Shown here piece after piece: positions 58,745 to 64,000 of a stretch of DNA of 64,000 nucleotides. This DNA comes from Patescibacteria group bacterium. GTDB taxonomy: Bacteria; Patescibacteriota; Patescibacteriia; JAHIZJ01. Numbering within the stretch: the stretch's first letter is position 1; each line of letters opens with the position of its first letter. Where the stretch lies: the NCBI GenBank assembly GCA_041650335.1, contig JBAZLK010000001.1, forward strand, positions 164,940 to 228,939, written 5' to 3'. Position numbers and translations under genes: made by a program. Below the pieces are notes generated by a model. It ran no database searches and had not been told where the DNA came from. It worked only from the letters and a program-made list of their open reading frames with translations.

Positions 58745-60066
58745 AATAGCAGCCGGCTCCATAAACGCGCGCGCTCATTCGTTTCCTGATAGAGCAGCAG
58801 ATTATCGGTCGTCAGGGTAAACCAGCCGCGCGCATTTGTTACGAGCGGAATAATGGTATACGTCGGGGCGTATTCGCTCAGCTCAAGCGCTTCGATTCGG
58901 TCAGCCCGGGAAAAGATCAGATAGGGGAGGTCGACGAGCTGAGTAACATAATGGATCGGGTCGCTGACGCGCTGGAGCAGCCGATGTTCGGCTGTTTTTG
59001 GGTCATAGCGCCAGATTTCGTTGTCGTTGTAGTAGATGAATTGTTCGACGTTCTTCAGCCAAAAGCCGTCTTTGGCCGCATTGTTTATTTTGGTTTGGCG
59101 AAAGGTTGAGTCTTGCGGTTCAATCAGATAAAATTCGTGCGCGTCCCCGTCGGCCAGAATGAGATGTTTGTTCTCCGTTGATAAGAGAGTATAGTTGTTA
59201 CTCGAGGGTAGGCGCGACAGCGGTTGATTCGTTTCAAGCGCGCTTGTGGATCGATAGAGATAGCTTGTTTGACCGTCATTCGTCAGGTAATACACGTCCA
59301 TGCCACGGACGAAGAATTGTGAGACGTTTTTTTGGGAGCAGGAAACGGTATTCTTTGTCAGTTGAACCTGACAGAGCTGACCGCTGTTTTGTCCAAGCAG
59401 CGTGTCGTGGTTCAGCCACTGGAGATTTGTTATTTCTTCCGGTAAATAGGTCAGCGGCATGCTCGAATCAGCCTGATTCGTTTTCACCAGCTCAAAAGAA
59501 CTGTCAACCTCAGACTGGGAGATGACGACCTGATCATATTGCGGGTCGGCTTCGATCGTAATAGTGCCTGGTCGGGTGACCAGCGTGGTAGCCGAGCCAT
59601 CACGAAGATTCAGGCGCTTTAGTTCGGTTGTCGTGTCCTGTTTCGTGATTGCCAGCAGTTGATCGTTGTTTGAGGTGTTTTTCAGTTGAATAATGTTCTC
59701 ATTTACCAAAAGCTGGCTGGTAGTATTGCGGAAGAGAATAATGCTGTATAAGACGCTCGCCCGGCTCGTGCGTACGGTAATTGTGTTCTGCCAGGGCAGG
59801 AAACCGTCTTTCACCAGCTTGATATCGTAGGTGCCAGGAAAGATGCCCGTCAGGATGGTCGGGGTTTTTTTCTCCTGATTGACGCCGTTCAGCCAGATTT
59901 CGGCCCCTTTCGGACGGGTATTCAGATTAATAACACTCGTTTTTATTAAACGCCGATGCGCCCAATCGAGCCGGTAGCCCGATGAATATAAAACCAAAAT
60001 AGGCGCGATCACGAAAAAAAAGAGTATAAAACTCAGATAGAGAAAACGACGATTATTTCTAGTCAT
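58741..60066 (-). CDS. PEGA-domain extracytoplasmic protein with an N-terminal TM anchor
   Basis: TM LYLSFILFFFVIAPILVLY; PEGA fold RPKGAEIWLNGVNQEKKTPTILTGIFPGTYDIKLVKDGFLPWQNTITV. Confidence 0.6.
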   Translation of the reverse strand: MTRNNRRFLYLSFILFFFVIAPILVLYSSGYRLDWAHRRLIKTSVINLNTRPKGAEIWLNGVNQEKKTPTILTGIFPGTYDIKLVKDGFLPWQNTITVRTSRASVLYSIILFRNTTSQLLVNENIIQLKNTSNNDQLLAITKQDTTTELKRLNLRDGSATTLVTRPGTITIEADPQYDQVVISQSEVDSSFELVKTNQADSSMPLTYLPEEITNLQWLNHDTLLGQNSGQLCQVQLTKNTVSCSQKNVSQFFVRGMDVYYLTNDGQTSYLYRSTSALETNQPLSRLPSSNNYTLLSTENKHLILADGDAHEFYLIEPQDSTFRQTKINNAAKDGFWLKNVEQFIYYNDNEIWRYDPKTAEHRLLQRVSDPIHYVTQLVDLPYLIFSRADRIEALELSEYAPTYTIIPLVTNARGWFTLTTDNLLLYQETNERARLWSRLLF

Positions 60067-60067
60067 T

Positions 60068-60096
60068 TTGACGTTTTTTCAATTCCCAGGTACAAT
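60068..60096 (+). promoter_or_regulatory. Sigma-70-like promoter for murA
   Basis: TTGACG (60068-60073), 17-nt spacer, TACAAT (60091-60096); ATG at 60155. Confidence 0.4.
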
Positions 60097-60154
60097 GCAG
60101 TGTGATAGCTTCATCTATTCTACCAGTCTTCAGAGCACGTGACAATAACAAGCA

Positions 60155-61417
60155 ATGGAACATTTTCGAATTGAGGGTGGCGCGTTTCTTGAGGGTGAAA
60201 TCAGCGTCAATGGAGCAAAAAACTCCGCCCTGAAAATTATCGCCTCGACCGTTCTGACCGACGATACGTGCCGGATCGAAAACATCCCGGCCATCGCCGA
60301 TGTTTTGGTTTTGCTGGATATTTTGAAAGAAATGGGCGCCGAGGTGAAGGCGATCGATCAGCACACCTATGACATTACCTGCGTCGGGATTCGCGAGCCC
60401 AGCCTGCCTGACAAGCTGGTCAAGAAGTTACGCGCCTCGGTCGTATTGCTCGGTCCACTCCTGGCTCGGTTTGGCGAGGTGAACATGCCACATCCCGGCG
60501 GCTGCGTCATCGGGGAGCGGCCGATCGATATTTTTCTTGATGGTTTTGCTGCGCTCGGCGTCAACGTAAAAGAGGAAGAAACGCATTATCATTTTCATGC
60601 GAAAAAGCTGGCTGGCGCGACGTTTGTATTTCCGCGCATCAGCGTGACGGCGACCGAAGCCTTGCTTATGGCCGCGACACTGGCCGAAGGAACGACGACC
60701 TTGAAGTTTGCCGCCTGCGAACCTGAAATAGAAGATTTGGCGGAATGGTTAAACGCGCGTGGCGCGAAAATTCGGGGCGCTGGAACGCATACGATCGTTA
60801 TTGAAGGCGTCAAGAAAATCGCCGGCGGGGCAAAGCGGATCATGCCCGACCGCATAGAAACAGGTACCTTTGCCATGCTTGGCGCAGCCGCTGGCCGTAA
60901 AATCGTGATAAAAAACTGCGAGCCGAACCATCTTGAGGTGCCCTGGAAATTGCTCCGACAAGCCGGGGTGCGCTTTGATCTCGGCCAGGACACGGTGACG
61001 GTCCATCACTCGCCGAATCTTCAAGCGGTCAATTTGATAACCCACGAGTATCCAGGTTTCATAACAGATCTCCAGGCTCCGTTTACCGTGTTAATGACCC
61101 AGGCGAGCGGCCTGAGTCTGATCCACGAAACAATCTATGAAGGTCGACTCTTTTATATCGATAAGCTCAATAAAATGGGCGCTCGCATCATCATGTGCGA
61201 CCCGCATCGGGCCGTGGTGCTCGGTCCGGCAAAGCTGTATGGCGCAACCGTTGAAAGTCCGGATATCCGTGCCGGCATTGCTCTCGTCATTGCCGCCCTT
61301 TTGGCTGAAGGGCCGAGTCGAATCGAGAATATTTATCAGGTTGACCGTGGCTATGAGGCCATTGATGACCGCTTGCGCCAATTGGGCGCGAAGATAGAGC
61401 GCGTACAAGACACATGA
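60155..61417 (+). CDS. murA: UDP-N-acetylglucosamine 1-carboxyvinyltransferase
   Basis: FRIEGGAFLEGEISVNGAKNSALKIIASTVL; catalytic Cys in PGGCVIGERPID; 420 aa. Confidence 0.9.
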   Translation: MEHFRIEGGAFLEGEISVNGAKNSALKIIASTVLTDDTCRIENIPAIADVLVLLDILKEMGAEVKAIDQHTYDITCVGIREPSLPDKLVKKLRASVVLLGPLLARFGEVNMPHPGGCVIGERPIDIFLDGFAALGVNVKEEETHYHFHAKKLAGATFVFPRISVTATEALLMAATLAEGTTTLKFAACEPEIEDLAEWLNARGAKIRGAGTHTIVIEGVKKIAGGAKRIMPDRIETGTFAMLGAAAGRKIVIKNCEPNHLEVPWKLLRQAGVRFDLGQDTVTVHHSPNLQAVNLITHEYPGFITDLQAPFTVLMTQASGLSLIHETIYEGRLFYIDKLNKMGARIIMCDPHRAVVLGPAKLYGATVESPDIRAGIALVIAALLAEGPSRIENIYQVDRGYEAIDDRLRQLGAKIERVQDT

Positions 61418-62676
61418 ACACGATTCCGCTTCCACCACCAATAAAAAGGCGATCAAATACGGCCGTGAAGATAATTATCGGCTATTTAGTATTGTCTCTT
61501 TTTGCCATTGTCTTTTTTGCCGGGTATGTCATCGGCAATCTCCGGACAACATCGCTGACCGGGGCGCGTCTTTTTTCGAATATCATCCAGCATGTTCCCG
61601 ACAGTCTGAAGGATAAGAATGTTGACTACACGCTGTTTTGGAATGTCTGGAGCTATATTTCCGATGAATATGTGAAGCAACCAGTCAGCGAAACCGACGC
61701 TTTCTACGGTTCGTTAAAAGGGATGGTCGCTTCGCTCGGCGATCCTTACTCGATGTTCCTTGATCCAAGCGAGACAAAAGAATTTAATTTTGAAATAAGC
61801 GGCCGGTTTGAGGGTATCGGCGCAGAAATTGGGACCAAAGATGGGAAGATCGTAATTATTGCTCCGGTGCCCGGTTCACCCGCTGAAAAAGCTGGTCTCA
61901 AGGCGGGCGACACCGTCCTCCAAATCGACGAAACCGATACTGCCGGTCTGACCGTAGACCAGGCCGTCGCGTTGATCCGCGGCGAGAAGGGGAGCGCGGT
62001 AAAACTAACCATTGAGCGCACCGGCGGGGCTGAACCGTTTACCCTAACAATTACCCGGGACACGATTATCACGAGCAGTGTGACGTCAAAAATGCTTGAG
62101 GGCAACATTGCCTATATTTCGCTGGCGGACTTCAGTCAGGACACGGCCTCTGAATTCTCAAAAGCGGTCAACGACCTTCTGTTACAAGAGCCAAAGGGCT
62201 TAGTGCTGGATCTGAGAAACAATCCAGGGGGATATCTCGATCAGGCGGTGGCGGTAGCCGGGGAGTTTATAAACAACGATACCGTTGTCATTGAACAATT
62301 CAGTAACGGTCAGAAACGGGTCCATAAATCAGATGGACAAAGCCGCTTAAAGGATCTTTCAACCGTTGTCCTTATTGATGGAGGATCTGCCTCAGCGGCT
62401 GAAATACTGGCTGGCGCCCTGCAGGATTACAAAGCTGCAACGCTTGTCGGCGAGCAGACGTTTGGCAAAGGCTCGGTTCAGGATTATACTGAGTTTGATG
62501 ACGGTTCGAGCCTAAAAATCACCGTGGCTGAATGGCTGACGCCGCTGGGCCGGTCAATTGACAAAACAGGGATCTCGCCCGATATCACGGTCACGTACAC
62601 ACAAGCCCAGTATGACGCCGGACAAGACCCTCAACTCGATAAGGCGAAAGAAATATTAAGTGCTCCAACACCATGA
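61414..62676 (+). CDS. ctp: Carboxyl-terminal processing protease (S41 family) with PDZ
   Basis: PDZ GDTVLQIDETDTAGLTVDQAVALIRG; S41 motifs GSASAAEILAGALQD and TFGKGSVQ. Confidence 0.8.
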   Translation: MNTIPLPPPIKRRSNTAVKIIIGYLVLSLFAIVFFAGYVIGNLRTTSLTGARLFSNIIQHVPDSLKDKNVDYTLFWNVWSYISDEYVKQPVSETDAFYGSLKGMVASLGDPYSMFLDPSETKEFNFEISGRFEGIGAEIGTKDGKIVIIAPVPGSPAEKAGLKAGDTVLQIDETDTAGLTVDQAVALIRGEKGSAVKLTIERTGGAEPFTLTITRDTIITSSVTSKMLEGNIAYISLADFSQDTASEFSKAVNDLLLQEPKGLVLDLRNNPGGYLDQAVAVAGEFINNDTVVIEQFSNGQKRVHKSDGQSRLKDLSTVVLIDGGSASAAEILAGALQDYKAATLVGEQTFGKGSVQDYTEFDDGSSLKITVAEWLTPLGRSIDKTGISPDITVTYTQAQYDAGQDPQLDKAKEILSAPTP

Positions 62677-62948
62677 AACAGCGCATGTCGTTAAAAGTCT
62701 ATGGCCAGGTTCAGGGTGTTAATCTTCGCTCCATGATCAAGGTAAAAGCTCTCGAGCTCGGCCTTGTTGGCTATGTTATGAATAATAATGACAGCACTGT
62801 TTCGCTTGAGGCTGAGGGCGAGCGACCGGCCCTGGAGGCGCTCATGAGCTGGCTGAGAGACAGACCGGGAAATTGCCGGATTGACCGCTTGGCTGATGAC
62901 TGGAGTGAACCGACCGGACAAGAAGACAATTTCGTTATTAAATATTAA
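62673..62948 (+). CDS. acyP: Acylphosphatase
   Basis: VYGQVQGVNLRS (VxGxVQGVxFR motif) and GYVMNNNDSTVSLEAEG. Confidence 0.75.
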   Translation: MKQRMSLKVYGQVQGVNLRSMIKVKALELGLVGYVMNNNDSTVSLEAEGERPALEALMSWLRDRPGNCRIDRLADDWSEPTGQEDNFVIKY

Positions 62949-62962
62949 CTTCCGATTGACGC

Positions 62963-63415
62963 GTGAAAATCATTTTACGAAAAACCGTCCCAACACTTGG
63001 GGAAGCCGGTGATGTGAAAAATGTTGCCGAGGGGTATGCCCGTAATTTTTTATTTCCCCAAGGCCTCGCTAGCCCGGCGACTGAGCAATTGCTCGCAGAA
63101 ACGGAGCAATTTCGGAAAAAGCGAGCCAAGCAAAAGACGCGCGCTGACTCAAAACACAGCCAGGCGGCGGAAGCGGTACGCGATCTAACCCTGGTTTTTC
63201 GCCTCAAGGCGACACCCGAAGGAACGCTTTTTGCCGGCATCGGTCCGAATGAGATCGTCGAACGGATCCAGCGCGATAAAGGCGTTCGTCTCTCCGAGAA
63301 AACCGTCCATCTCGAAAAACACCTCAAAACGGTTGGTCAACACGAGGTTGCGCTCACACTGGGCAAAGAAACGCTCGCGATAAAAATAATTATTGAGGCG
63401 GAACATGAAAAATAG
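62963..63415 (+). CDS. rplI: 50S ribosomal protein L9
   Basis: [36 protein letters not shown]; 150 aa. Confidence 0.85.
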   Translation: MKIILRKTVPTLGEAGDVKNVAEGYARNFLFPQGLASPATEQLLAETEQFRKKRAKQKTRADSKHSQAAEAVRDLTLVFRLKATPEGTLFAGIGPNEIVERIQRDKGVRLSEKTVHLEKHLKTVGQHEVALTLGKETLAIKIIIEAEHEK

Positions 63416-64000
63416 AAAATACATTTTCGTCATGGGTGGCGTGCTCTCGGGCCTGGGGAAGGGGATTGCCGTTTCATCAATCGGACTGTTATTGAAATCG
63501 CGGGGCTACCGGGTGACTGCCCTGAAAATCGACCCTTACGTGAACGTTGATGCTGGCACCATGAATCCGACCGAACATGGCGAAGTTTTTGTGACCAAAG
63601 ACGGCTTGGAGACGGACCAGGATATCGGCAACTATGAGCGTTTCTTAAATACCGAACTCAGCCGTGATAACTACATGACCACCGGCGCAGTCTATTTATC
63701 AGTCATCCAAAAAGAGCGCAATCTTGGTTATAAGGGCAAGTGCGTAGAAGTCGTTCCGCACATACCCGAGGAAGTGATCAGACGGATAGAGCTGGCCGGA
63801 CAGAAAAATAAAGCCGATATCGTGTTGATTGAGATTGGCGGGACAGTCGGCGAATATCAGAACCTGCTTTTTCTCGAAGCGGCCCGGATGATGCGTCTCC
63901 AGCGACCGGACGATATCGCTTTCGTGCTCGTCAGCTATTTGCCGATTCCGTCCAAGATCGGTGAAATGAAAACCAAGCCGACCCAATATGCCGTACGGAC
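63406..64000 (+). CDS. pyrG: CTP synthase, N-terminal synthetase domain (partial; runs off the window end)
   Basis: [55 protein letters not shown]...GEVFVTKDG. No in-window stop, so it is absent from the ORF track. Confidence 0.9.

Overview
A bacterial chromosomal window, about 50% GC by eye, densely packed with short-overlap operons. Its gene content (DUF2207, PEGA and PD40 envelope proteins, many GT2/GT4/GT-C glycosyltransferases, reduced housekeeping set) suggests a small-genome bacterium such as a CPR/Patescibacteria lineage; this is inference only. The ends carry housekeeping genes: cysS (partial), dnaX, tRNA-Gln, trxB, mutY on the left; murA, ctp, acyP, rplI, pyrG (partial) on the right. 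The middle, about 19.6-58.7 kb, is a very large cell-surface glycan locus. It encodes >=10 GT2/GT4 glycosyltransferases, three polytopic GT-C-like membrane proteins, two Wzx-like flippases and four SAM methyltransferases, with metK and ahcY embedded in it. It also encodes UDP-xylose (ugd + UXS) and dTDP-rhamnose (rmlA/C/B/D-like) enzymes, a second NDP-sugar dehydrogenase, a PfkB kinase, a CapK/PaaK-like adenylating enzyme and a DUF362 protein. The most unusual items are listed next. (1) A two-gene cassette of a CorA-family channel whose GMN selectivity motif is replaced (GLM) and a membrane-anchored stand-alone ClpB-NBD1 AAA+ module. (2) An intact tRNA-Gln(CUG) flanked by a duplicated 5' fragment and a duplicated 3' fragment. 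(3) A conserved ~80-nt AT-rich hairpin-containing element repeated upstream of two sugar-nucleotide genes. (4) An orphan VirB4/HerA-like membrane ATPase. No CRISPR array, rRNA, transposase or integrase gene was seen.
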